The notes below the pieces were generated by a model. It saw only the letters and a program-made list of their open reading frames with translations, was not told the DNA's origin and ran no database searches. The position numbers and the translations under genes are program-made. From Basidiobolus meristosporus CBS 931.73 (taxonomy: Eukaryota; Fungi; Basidiobolomycota): a stretch of DNA of 38,931 bases. The stretch is from the NCBI GenBank assembly GCA_002104905.1, contig MCFE01000758.1:1-38931 (forward strand), written 5' to 3'. This document shows, piece by piece, positions 24,522 through 34,823 of this stretch; position 1 is the first letter of the stretch, and every line of letters starts with the position of its first letter.

Positions 24522-25249
24522 ACGCCCACTCACAATTCATTGTGCATTCTGTAAATATAGTTCATGCTTTTGCCCATAAATTTCCTGTGAAATAATTCGC
24601 TTTGATCGGCTTCCCTGGTTGCTTTTGCCTCAATAAAAGCCCTCATTTTGTACACTGCTACTCTGGTCGGGTTCGCCCATCAATATCGATCTGTTTTGTC
24701 CATCCATGCCGCGATTCCCTAAATTATGAATGAGTCGATCGAGGCGCTGGATCATGGGATCTTACATACATCATGTGGCGTTTCTGACGAATGGGTCGAT
24801 GAGAAGCTGGGTTTGGAGCTAATGGTTGTGGTCCATTCACGCCTATCATATCGAGCAAGTCCAAAGGTGATTTGGTCTGGGATGCTCGGAAATTAATCAG
24901 ATCTTTCATTTGCGACAATGATTACCAATGTTGTTGATTAATGCAAGCACCATAACCTCGATCACAACCTCATCTAAAATGAATGTGATATTCTCAATTA
25001 TCAACAGTGGAAATTTCTCAGTATATACAGCATATAGTACTGTAAGAGTTCTGATGATATTGGAAGTGATTGGGATTTATGTGGTTTTCGCTCAATCCAT
25101 TATTGAGTGTAAAATGGTATTTATACTTTCAGATGATCTTGGAGGAATAAGCACACGGAGTATATTCAAGGAGGTCCCTAGAAAACATACTGAAAGCTTT
25201 GGGGGCCTTTGAGCAACTTGGAATATTTACCATGATATCTGGTATCCAG

Positions 25250-25581
25250 TGTTGTAAAAATTTGCAATTCCACCTAGATATTCACCTAACTTAGTCAATG
25301 AGATCATTACCTACAAATCTTGGAGAATATTGACCAAATTCTTTGTTGGGATTTACTTAGAATATTTACCCAGAAAATGAAAATTTGTTAAGTTGTCCAA
25401 ACAGCCCCAAAGTTTACACACATGTTCTTGGGACCTTCCTACACATATTCAATGGGCTTATTTTGCCACAACTATGTCAAAGTATAAATGTTACTTTTTC
25501 ATTCAGTAAATCATTAGGTGATAACCACATGATATACTTGTTCTCCCAGGCACTTCCAATATCTCTAAGACTCTTACAACA
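25250..25581 (+). repeat. Solo Copia LTR with perfect 5-bp target-site duplication TCCAG
   Basis: TGTTGT...ACAACA, flanked by TCCAG at 25245-25249 and 25582-25586; inserted inside an older opposite-strand LTR. Confidence 0.9.
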
Positions 25582-26574
25582 TCCAGAAAATAAAGATCCT
25601 CACAATAAATTCCTACCAAGATTTTAGGCAGGAGATACTAGGACCCATCTAATTTAAGTGCCAAAGCTGATGGAATAAATACGAGTAATTACAAGATTTT
25701 AATATACAGTAAGCTCTGGTATATTTGTTTTTCCAAATCTATTAAGTGCTTTTAAGTCCTTGACTGTGCAACTTTCTAGTGAAACCTGCTGTAAAAATTT
25801 GTAACTCCACTTAGATATTCACCTGACTTAGTCACTTATATCATTACCTGCTAATCTTAGAGAATACTCACCAAAGTCCTTGTTGGGATTTACTTGAAAT
25901 ATTTTCACCAAAACATTGGATGCCCAGAACATGAAAACTTGATAAGCTGTCCAAGCGGCTCCAAACTTTGCACACATGTTCTGGGTGCTGTAAGAGTCAT
26001 GGAGATACTGGAACTGACTGGGAGTACTAGTGGATTGTGTGGTTTCACTTAATGATTTATTGATTGTAAGTGTAGTATTTGTATTTTACATAGTCTTGGC
26101 ATATAAAGCATGTAAAATAGGTTTACAAAGGTCCAAGAACATGTGTGCAAATCTTGGGCTTGTTTGGACAACTTTCACAATTTTCATTTTCTGGGTACCT
26201 GAAATTTTGGTGAAAATATTTCAAGTAAATCCTGACAAGGAATTTGATCAGTAATTCTCTAGGATTTGTGTGTAATGATCTAAGTGCTTAAGCTAGGTGA
26301 GTACCTAGGTGGGAATACAAAAGCTATTGCAATGTGTTGCATGATGAGAATTCAAGATTTTCACACAAATGATCTCAGATGTTGACAAAATCTGATCTCC
26401 AGTCCACCAATAGTCAGGATTGAATTGGAGTTAAACAATGAAGCTTTTTCTACTCCAGGGGATTCTGCAACTACACTTTGGCCTGAATCAGTGCCCAGGA
26501 ATATCTCAATTGTAACAGAGGCTGTAATAGTCCTCAGACAAAGCTTTGGAGATCTCTAATGACTGAGTAGCATC

Positions 26575-26923
26575 TGTTGTAAGAGTTTTGGAGATATTGG
26601 AAGTGATTTGGAGAACAAGTAGATTGTGTGGTTTTCACTTTATGATTTATTGAATGTAAAAGTAGTATTTATACTTTTACATGGTCTTGGCATAATAAAC
26701 ACATAGAATAGGTTAAGGAGGGTCCCAAGAACATGTGTGCAAGGTTTGGGGCTGTTTGGACAACTTTGAGAATTTTCATGTTTGGGGTACCTGGTATTTT
26801 GGTGAAAATATTCTAAGTAAATCCCAACAAGGAATTTGGTCAGTATTCTCTAGGATTTGAAGATAATGATCTAAGTGACCAAGTTAGGTGAACATTTAGG
26901 TGGAATTCCAAATTTCTACAACA
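26575..26923 (-). repeat. Solo Copia LTR with near-perfect TSD GCATC/GCATT
   Basis: TGTTGT...ACAACA in reverse orientation; flanks 26570-26574 GCATC and 26924-26928 GCATT. Confidence 0.85.
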
Positions 26924-28690
26924 GCATTAGTCTCAGTAGAAGATCAAACCTGGGATTTAGTCTAATACCTATCAACCAAAAGTTCCTTGGATACAGATGG
27001 GTCTTCATGACAAGATACAAGACTGATGATACATTTGAGAGATACAAAGCAAGATTGTGGCAAAGGGTACTCACAAATAACAGGACCTGATTGTACTGAG
27101 ACCTATGTACTGGTAGCCATGTCTGATTCCATCAAACCAATATTGGCTATTGTAGCCAAATATAAGTACTTTACTCATCAATGGGATGTAAGAACTGCAT
27201 TTGGAATGGAGAACTTGATGAATATGTATACATGAGTCAGCCTGATGGGTCAGTTAACCAAGATCACCTCCATATGGTCTGCAAATTTAAGAAATCCCCA
27301 CATGGTCTGAAGCAATGACCAAGAGCCTGTCATTGCAAGATAGCTTCTTATTTGGGATCTCTGAGTTTTCAAAGAGGTACTGCTGACTATAGTATCTACT
27401 ATAAGCCAGATAGAGGAAGTTCAGTTTTATTAACACTATAAGTGGATGATCTCATTGTAGCCACCAATAACTAAGAAATATTGAAAGAGACTAAATCATA
27501 TTGTAATTATTAAGTTGTCACCTAAATATTCATGCTAACTTAGTCACATAGATCTTACTATTTGATTAGCATTCTGTCCTGACCAAATTTCTTGTTGGGA
27601 TTTACTTAGAATATCTTTACCAAATTATCAGGTACCCATTATGATCTTTCTCAAAGTTGTCCAAAAGCCCCCAAACTTTGCACATATATTCTCAAGACCA
27701 TTCTTAACAGACATGGCACATTTGTTTGCTCTACTTAATCAAAAGTATAAATACCATACTTTTGATCAATAAATCTACAAGTGAATAAAATGTGAACAGC
27801 TAGTACTCCATATCACTTCCAATCTAGGAGAGTGCATCTACTACTTAGGGATTAAGTTGTCAATAGACAGAGGTCCTCAGACTCTCACCCAATGCTAATC
27901 CAGGTACACTCAAGATATACTAAGGACATACCAAATGGAAGACTGTAAACAGGTGGCTACACTAATAAAGACTAACCTTAGCTTGGTCAAAACTTAGCCA
28001 AATCCAGATAGCATAGTGTCATCTGAAAGCCTGGAGTTCCCTTACCAATCTATGGTTGTCAGTCCAATATATCATGCTTACAACACATGCAGGTATCTCA
28101 TATTCAGTGAGAGTTGCCAGCCAGCATAATCAGAACTATGAATCTGATCATATTGCTGCAGTTAAGCAGATTTTAGATACCAAAAAGGAGCTGATGATGT
28201 CTGCTTAAGGTACACATGTAAGGATGCAGAACCAAATCTTGTGGGATACTCTGATGCTGATTGGGGATGAAATTAAGAAGACAAAAGTTCCACATCAGGA
28301 TACACCTTTCTTTACTGTAAAGGAGCAATTTCATGGAATCCAAAAAAGCAATCAACTGTAGCACACTCCACCATAGAGACATAGTATATGGCAGCCTGTG
28401 AAGCTACAAAAGAGTAATGTGGCCAAGAAAGCTTTTTAAAGAATCAGGCTTAGGTAAAAAAAGCCTGTTACTTTATTTCAAGATAATCAAGGATATATTT
28501 AATTAGGTGGCAAATAGATATTAGGCATAATTGCATATGTGAAGCAGTAAATAATAGCTTAATTAACTTGGCTTACTTTCCTAAAGGTGAGATGATTGCA
28601 GACATATTTACCAAACCATTAGCTGAAGACAAATTTGAATATCAGAGTATAAGCAAGATAAGTTGATATAAGTATTTAGTTGGGCAGAAG
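26924..28690 (+). pseudogene. Decayed Copia reverse transcriptase-RNase H, interrupted by an LTR at about 27499-27825
   Basis: RWVF..RYK.D...ERYKARL.AKGYSQ, WDVRTAF, degenerate (Y)VDDLI, GYSDADW, SWNPKKQSTVAHST and ADIFTKPL, with many stops and frameshifts; ends in PPT AGTTGGGCAGAAG before the 3' LTR 28691-29034. Confidence 0.9.
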
Positions 28691-29034
28691 TGCTGTAGAA
28701 GTTCTTGATCCCACCTGAATATTAGCCTAACTTAGCAGCTTAGATCACCTCCTGCAGATCTTAGAAAATACTAATCCAATTCCTTGTTGGGATGTGCTTA
28801 GAATTTTTCACCAAAACATCAGGCATTCAGAGCATGAGAGTTTCATAAGTTGTTCAAGCTGCCCCAAGCTATGCATACATACTCTTGGGGCCTTCCTATA
28901 CATATTCTATGTGCTTATAATGCCATGGCCTTGTAAAGCTATAAATTCCACCATTACATTCAATAAATCATTTAGTGAGCCCACATAATCTTGTTCTCCC
29001 ACTGACTTACAGTATCTCCAAGACTCTTACAGCA

Positions 29035-29990
29035 TAAGCAAGCAATTCAACTGCTCAAGAGCTTTTGCCTGGTCAAAAGTAACACAAAACTGAATTTATC
29101 TGAATTAGATTTAAATGGACCTATGCATATCTATTCCTTGGTAGAAACTTGTACCAAGGAGTGAGTAGTCTTTTGATACACTAGTCTGTGCCTAATCATA
29201 CACCAGGTCATGCACTCAGCCAATGGTGCAATCTCACATATAGTGTTCACTCCAGCAGATAGAATCTTGTTTTTATACTGCTACCCTTAATATATGCAAA
29301 GGGAATAAAAGTATGATCTACTCCTAGTAATGGTATCAATGCTAGTGTGCCACAGCAGACAACATGAAAAGCACAATGTTTATAAACAGAGTCAACATGG
29401 CCTATAATTTGCTTGATACTCTCATTCAAATACTTCTGAGTTGCAAATTTACATCTATTAATTTATGTATGCTTAGCCATTGAATATCAGCTTACAGACT
29501 TTATTATTTTCAGCTTGATACTAGCCAGCATTCACTTGAGCATCATTCAAAAAATATCAAGTGCCACAAACATCCAAAGCCTCAGGATTGTTCAAAAGCC
29601 CTCATACTTTGAGTGATATTCTGTGAGCCTTCCTGAGCATGTTCCATTGGCTGTAAGCGTTCAGATATCTTATCTAATAGATCTTTTCATGAAAATCAAA
29701 TAGTCTACCAGCTGTTGTGACTGCTTCAAGCATTTGATTGTAGTTGAAAATTACATAACAAAGTGCTAATGAACACAATAAAATAGCATCTCTTTGATGT
29801 TGTCCATGATGATTATCATTGGTTCAGTCATTCAGAATTTCCATTAACAGGAAAGTGGGAGCAAATCCGTGATCATGCAGCTCAATAGTTTAGAGCAATT
29901 TTAGATATTACAAAAACAGAATAGCTAGTGCGTTATTTGGGCACATTTGGCAGAAGTCAAGGCTTTCACAAACCGCTGAGTTAGCTCATA
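29035..29990. other. AT-rich, CpG-poor degenerate repeat-like sequence of unassigned family
   Basis: Composition resembles the adjacent TE nest; no diagnostic motif I can support. Confidence 0.3.
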
Positions 29991-30614
29991 GCAAAATTCT
30001 ATGCTACAGCTAAAATGTATGGAACAAACTATGAAGGTATAGGAAGATTACTAAACTAGTAGGTTTGCGCTTTAAGAATTGGACAATTGGGGGGAGGGCG
30101 ACATCGTAAGGTAGTCACCAAAGCGTTGATGTGACAGCAGCTTGACTTATATAGATAGCTTACTGTTGAGATAAAATCCTCCATCTCCGCCCAACCTGAG
30201 AGCCCCGAGCTCAATGTTGTCAACAGCAATAGTGCCTGAGTAATCTCACGCCCCTTCATATGATCAGATCTCTATCACTGCAACCGTGCCAGCATAAAGC
30301 AGAAATACATGGCTAGGATTTTGGATGTAGACGCATAAGCCACTACATTTAACTACTATGCATGAACCCAAACCATCAAAAGTTCTTTACCTTGCTAGGC
30401 AGCGATTATTTATATTCAGGTGCAGCACATACTCCGAGTGTTCCTTCACAACTATGCCCTTCGCCTTCTGCACTTCCTTGTTCAAGATGCTGATGCCTTA
30501 AGAAACACCAAACCATGCGCGGAATTGAGTGAAATCCAAAGATATCAAAGAATAAGCACTTCTCCATCTATAGACTCTTTTATCTCAGTAGAAGCACTCA
30601 TTATGTACACTGAT

Positions 30615-31665
30615 GGTGAGCCATCACATCAAAGTTACATCGAGCAGCTCATTGAAGCTTTACAACCAATAATCCAACGGTATCTGCATGTTAATCGTCC
30701 TTGTACCATATCGGGAAATGGGGATCATCGCATTTGATTTCCTGCACATGCTTCAACTTGACTGCATTTCTAGTCATTCATCACTAATGTAATGGAGTTT
30801 ATTCTTTGAACTGGCTAAAGAGAGGCCATCATGCTATGTATTGAAACTTCCCTTGACAATGAGAGGCATCTGTTTCGTTATGCTGGAGAAGGAAAGTCCG
30901 TAATCTCACCGCAGAGAACATACCATTTAGCTGTGGAGGGCTGATTGAGAGGCTGACAAAATAAAGGAGACTCCTTCGCATCCAAGTAAAGCTTGGGTAG
31001 CAAGGTAGATACCCCATTGTCTACTGTGGATACTCTTCTCCAGAAAGCAAAGGATCTCGGTGTGAATGTGGTAGGCGCAAGCTTCCACGTAGGCCACATA
31101 TGCTTCGACTCAACCTCCTACGAGAGAGCGGAAGTTCTTTGATATTGGCAAGACATACGGGTATCAATTCAAACTGCTGGATATCGGAGGTGGCTTTCCT
31201 GGCGATTTGAAATACGATGGGAGCTTTGTTTACATGGCGGATACAATCAGAATCTGCCTGAAAAAGCTCTTTCCAAGCAATATCCAATTTATTGCGGAGC
31301 CAGATTTCTGGCCGCTACGGTATATGTGCTCGCTACAAATGTTATTGGACGACGTATGAATGTTCCAGAAAGTTTTGAATCCAGCGTCAAATGGATGTAT
31401 GACTGCTTCAGTATGATCACTTCCGGTTCGATCGTTGTAAGACCAAAGATCTTAAGCCACAATAGAAAGTTCTACTATGCACACGACAGAGAGCCCAACG
31501 ATCAACACCACGAAAAACCTCGTTACCAGTATCCTGTGATACTTTAGGCTACTTATTCAGTGATATTCTTTTGGCCGGGTTGCAAGTAGACGACTGGCTA
31601 GTATCTGACAGTATGGGCGCCTACACCACAGAAACATCAACCAAAAGCCGAGATCTTGTATATTC
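30615..31665 (+). pseudogene. Decayed tandem duplicate of the ODC-like gene together with its upstream region
   Basis: Colinear with 32345-33965. The TATA/ATG region and about 300 bp of coding sequence are deleted, with further small deletions and frameshifts. LSTVDTLLQKAKDLGVNVVG and LLDIGGGFPGDLKYDGSF remain readable. Confidence 0.9.
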
Positions 31666-32717
31666 ATGAGATTGCTAATGTCAGTTTATACACACGTTCT
31701 TCAAGTATGAGCCATCCAAGTGCTATTGGCCTGATTTAGACCATGGGTTGGTTACCAAGGGGTTGCTACCGCCATGTTTCCAACAGTAGAAGCTATAGCA
31801 AATCCACCTTGAGGTTAGTCAAAAAAACTGGAGCATGCTGAGAGTGATCGCTCCAATGTTTCCCTCACAACAGTGACCTTTGCTGACACGAAAAGAAGGA
31901 TTTTTCTTGATCAAGAGGTGACCGCTGCTCGGGTCGTTCGCCGCCGTGAAGAGGCACCAGAAGATACACGGAATCAGGTGAAATCGGAAGAGATCGAAAA
32001 ATGAACACCCACTTCCAATTCGGAGTACATTCTGTAAGGACAACTCATACTTTTAGAATAATTTGCCATGATTGGCTTCCATAGCTGATTATATTTCAAT
32101 GAACGCAATCATTCTGCACACAGCTACACTTCTGTAGTCACGAATCTTGCCGCTTAGTTGAGGTGGTAGATACACCATGGTTGATGAGGTTCAGAGTTAA
32201 CGATTGTGGGCCGAAATTGCATTGGGTAGGAAAAAGTCGTGTTCAGCCTTTGAAACTTTACAACCAAAGCCACACAAAATCCAGAGGCTCCGTGTTCATT
32301 GTCTTTTACTAAATCGGGAAATCTTGAACATCAGAGTAAACGGTGGTGAGCCATCAAATCAAAGTTACATTGAGCAGCTAGTTGAAACTTTACAACCAAT
32401 AATCCAACGGTATCTGCATGTTAATCGTCCTTGTACCATATCGGGAAATGGGGATCATCGCATTTGATTTCCTGCACATGCTTCAACTTGACTGCATTTC
32501 TAGTCATTCGTCACTAATGTGGTGGAGTCTTTACTTGGAATCACCTAAAGAAAGGTCATCACATCATGTATTGAAGCTTCCCTTAGCAATGAAACACCTT
32601 GGTTTCTTTCTGCAGGAGGGAAGCGCTGCATTTCACGAATCTCGATCGAGCAATGCCGTGAATAACTCAGTCATCTACAGGGAGAGAGCATATCATTGTG
32701 TAAGTGCGTTATTGCAA

Positions 32718-32725
32718 TATATAAA
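32718..32725 (+). promoter_or_regulatory. TATA box of the ODC-like gene
   Basis: TATATAAA about 30 nt upstream of ATG 32756, which has an A-rich context (ACAACATGG). Confidence 0.55.
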
Positions 32726-32755
32726 GCCCTCGGTGTAGAGCACTCTTTACACAAC

Positions 32756-33988
32756 ATGGAGGCTCTCAAGATAAGATCAAGCTCGATAAGTGATGCTCTC
32801 AGAGATGAGCTGGAGGCAAGGACTCAGCTTAACAACGACGACCCGTTCATTATCGCCGATGTGGGAGAGGTGATCGAGAGGTTGACAGAATGGAGGAAGC
32901 GTCTTCCGATGGTTCAGCCCTTCTACTCGCTGAAATGCAACTCAGACCCAGAGATAGTTAAGATTCTGTGCAAAGAGGGAATTGGCTTTGATTGCGCGAG
33001 TAAGGGAGAGATTCAATGTGTTCTTAACCATGGGGTCTCCCCATCCAGGATCATCTTTGCAAACGTAGTAAAGGCCACTACTCACTTGCAGTTTGCCAAG
33101 AAGCAGAAGGTTGCCTTGATGACCTTCGACAACCTTGCGGAACTTCACAAAATCAGCCGCTATTACTCAGATGCGGAAGTGGTCATCCGTATTCTGATTG
33201 AAGGGACCAGATCCAAGTACAGCTTGGGTGGCAAGGCAGGTGCCCCGTTGTCTACTGTGGATACTCTTCTCCAGAAAGCAAAGGATCTCGGTGTGAATGT
33301 GGTAGGCGTAAGCTTCCACGTAGGCTGTATGTGCTTCGATCCCGTCTCCTACGAAAGAGCGTTGATGCAGGCCCGGGAGGTCTTTGATATTGGCAAGACA
33401 TACGGGTACCAATTCAAACTGTTGGATATCGGAGGTGGCTTTCCTGGCGATTTGAAATACGATGGGAGCTTTGCTGACATGGCGGATACAATCAGAATCT
33501 GCCTGAAAAAGCTCTTTCCAAGCAATATCCGAGTTATTGCGGAGCCAGGTAGGTATCTGGTCGCTTCAGCATATGTGCTCGCAACAAGTGTTATAGGACG
33601 GCGTATGAATGCCCCGGAAAGTGTGAGATCCAGCGTCAAATGGATGTATTATCTCAATGAAGGGTTGTACGGCTGCTTCAGTATGATCACTTCCGGCTCG
33701 ATTGTTGTAAGACCAAAGATCTTAAGCCACAATAGAAAATTCTACTACACACGCGACAGCGAGCTCAATGATCAGCTCCAGCACGAACCACGCTTTACCA
33801 GTATCCTATGGGGCCCCACTTGTGATACAGCTGACTGCTTGTTCAATAACATTCTTTTGCCCGAGCTGCAAGTAGACGACTGGATAGTATTTGACAGTAT
33901 GGGTGCCTACACCACAGGGACATCAACCGAATTCAATGGGTTCCCGAAAACCGAAATCCTATATATCAATTCTTCAGCGGATTGCTAG
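32756..33988 (+). CDS. Ornithine-decarboxylase-family (fold III PLP) decarboxylase, intronless, 410 aa, divergent substrate site; orthology to SPE1 not established
   Basis: PFYSLKCN (PLP Lys), GFDCAS, MTFDN, GVSFHVG, LLDIGGGFPG, AEPGRY, WGPTCD and MGAYT..EFNGF. The first ATG is at 32756; the track start at 32696 is a non-ATG extension. Confidence 0.92.
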   Translation: MEALKIRSSSISDALRDELEARTQLNNDDPFIIADVGEVIERLTEWRKRLPMVQPFYSLKCNSDPEIVKILCKEGIGFDCASKGEIQCVLNHGVSPSRIIFANVVKATTHLQFAKKQKVALMTFDNLAELHKISRYYSDAEVVIRILIEGTRSKYSLGGKAGAPLSTVDTLLQKAKDLGVNVVGVSFHVGCMCFDPVSYERALMQAREVFDIGKTYGYQFKLLDIGGGFPGDLKYDGSFADMADTIRICLKKLFPSNIRVIAEPGRYLVASAYVLATSVIGRRMNAPESVRSSVKWMYYLNEGLYGCFSMITSGSIVVRPKILSHNRKFYYTRDSELNDQLQHEPRFTSILWGPTCDTADCLFNNILLPELQVDDWIVFDSMGAYTTGTSTEFNGFPKTEILYINSSADC

Positions 33989-34478
33989 CCAAGGTACAAA
34001 CCGTTCTTTTTCAGAGTTAAGTAAATATATACTAAATCAACTTTGGTTTAGTCAACGCTACCGCAGATAGTGGGTACCAAGGAGTTAATATTGGAGTTAT
34101 TCAGGCATATGTCTCACGAAGCCTCTTAGGGAAATAAAGCCATCAACGTACTGTTTTTAACATATCAATTCAGTCTAGAGTTTGTCCTTACACAGGCCAC
34201 GAAGTTGCATCTTATTCATACGGAACCATCGATATAGCCTCAGCTTCCTTGAGAATTAACCATAGCAATGGTATACCTAAGGCTTCTATGGCTATAAATT
34301 AGGCTATGGCAATAGATGAATTAGTATTAGCATGAAGTATCACTGTAATTCACCATAAGCAGGTACATCCAGTGTGGGATAAGTATAAGTATTATTCACT
34401 ATCATTATTTACAAACAGACCTAGTGGAAGTGGTTTCTGGCATAATTAGTATATTTTCCAATAGCTATAAGCATTCCA

Positions 34479-34504
34479 TAGGGTTTGCCTAACCCTAACC
34501 CTAA
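34479..34504. repeat. Interstitial telomere-like (CCCTAA)n with a small hairpin
   Basis: TAGGGTT-TGCCT-AACCCTA followed by ACCCTAA, i.e. CCTAACCCTAACCCTAA at 34488-34504. Confidence 0.7.
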
Positions 34505-34823
34505 GTCAGAGACATCCCCTGTTTCATTTTTGATGCTCCATGCCTCAGAGCTAATTGCCACATTCATTTCTAATCAGCAACCAAGTAGGTACATTAAGTC
34601 TTCTGAAAAAATCTTAAACAGCCATTAAGCTAAGCAAGGTAAAAACAGAGCCAAATGAGCATGTTTGGATATGATGCAAAAAGTGATTTGTTGGCCACAT
34701 TAGGAAAGGAGGAGTGCCTACAGCTATATGATACTATTGGATAGCCAAGATGCCGGTACCATATGCTACATGTATATTAAAGCTGTAAAACTGCTCTCAG
34801 TAAGGGCATAGAAAGCATGTTTA

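Larger units (their letters stand above)
25038..29034. mobile_element. Nest of Ty1/Copia elements: seven same-family LTR copies in both orientations plus a decayed RT-RNase H
   Basis: LTR copies at about 25038-25695(-, interrupted), 25250-25581(+), 25787-25985(+, truncated), 25986-26334(-), 26575-26923(-), 27499-27825(+, truncated) and 28691-29034(+), all alignable to 215-579. Confidence 0.88.

Noticed and set aside
25250-29034. Repeated blocks that could be mistaken for a CRISPR array or satellite
   Set aside because: Units are 330-365 bp, in both orientations, with TG..CA ends and TSDs: they are LTRs.
30056-30259. 67-aa minus-strand ORF with a signal-peptide-like start and four Cys
   Set aside because: Short, no homology recognised, no supporting promoter or splice evidence; chance is plausible.
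31820-32005. Exon-like plus-strand reading SKKLEHAESDRSNVSLTTVTFADTKRRIFLDQEV..EEIEK between the ODC copies
   Set aside because: No start or upstream exon could be joined; possibly a gene remnant but unassignable.
32418-32738. 106-aa ORF upstream of ODC as a regulatory uORF or frameshift partner
   Set aside because: It starts upstream of and ends past the apparent TATA box, so it is probably not in the mRNA; no antizyme-type shift site or PPW motif.
33655-33665. NE instead of ND in YYLNEGLYG as the arginine-decarboxylase-type D332E switch
   Set aside because: Counting back from C360 shows this position is D320, not D332; the true 332 position is Gly.
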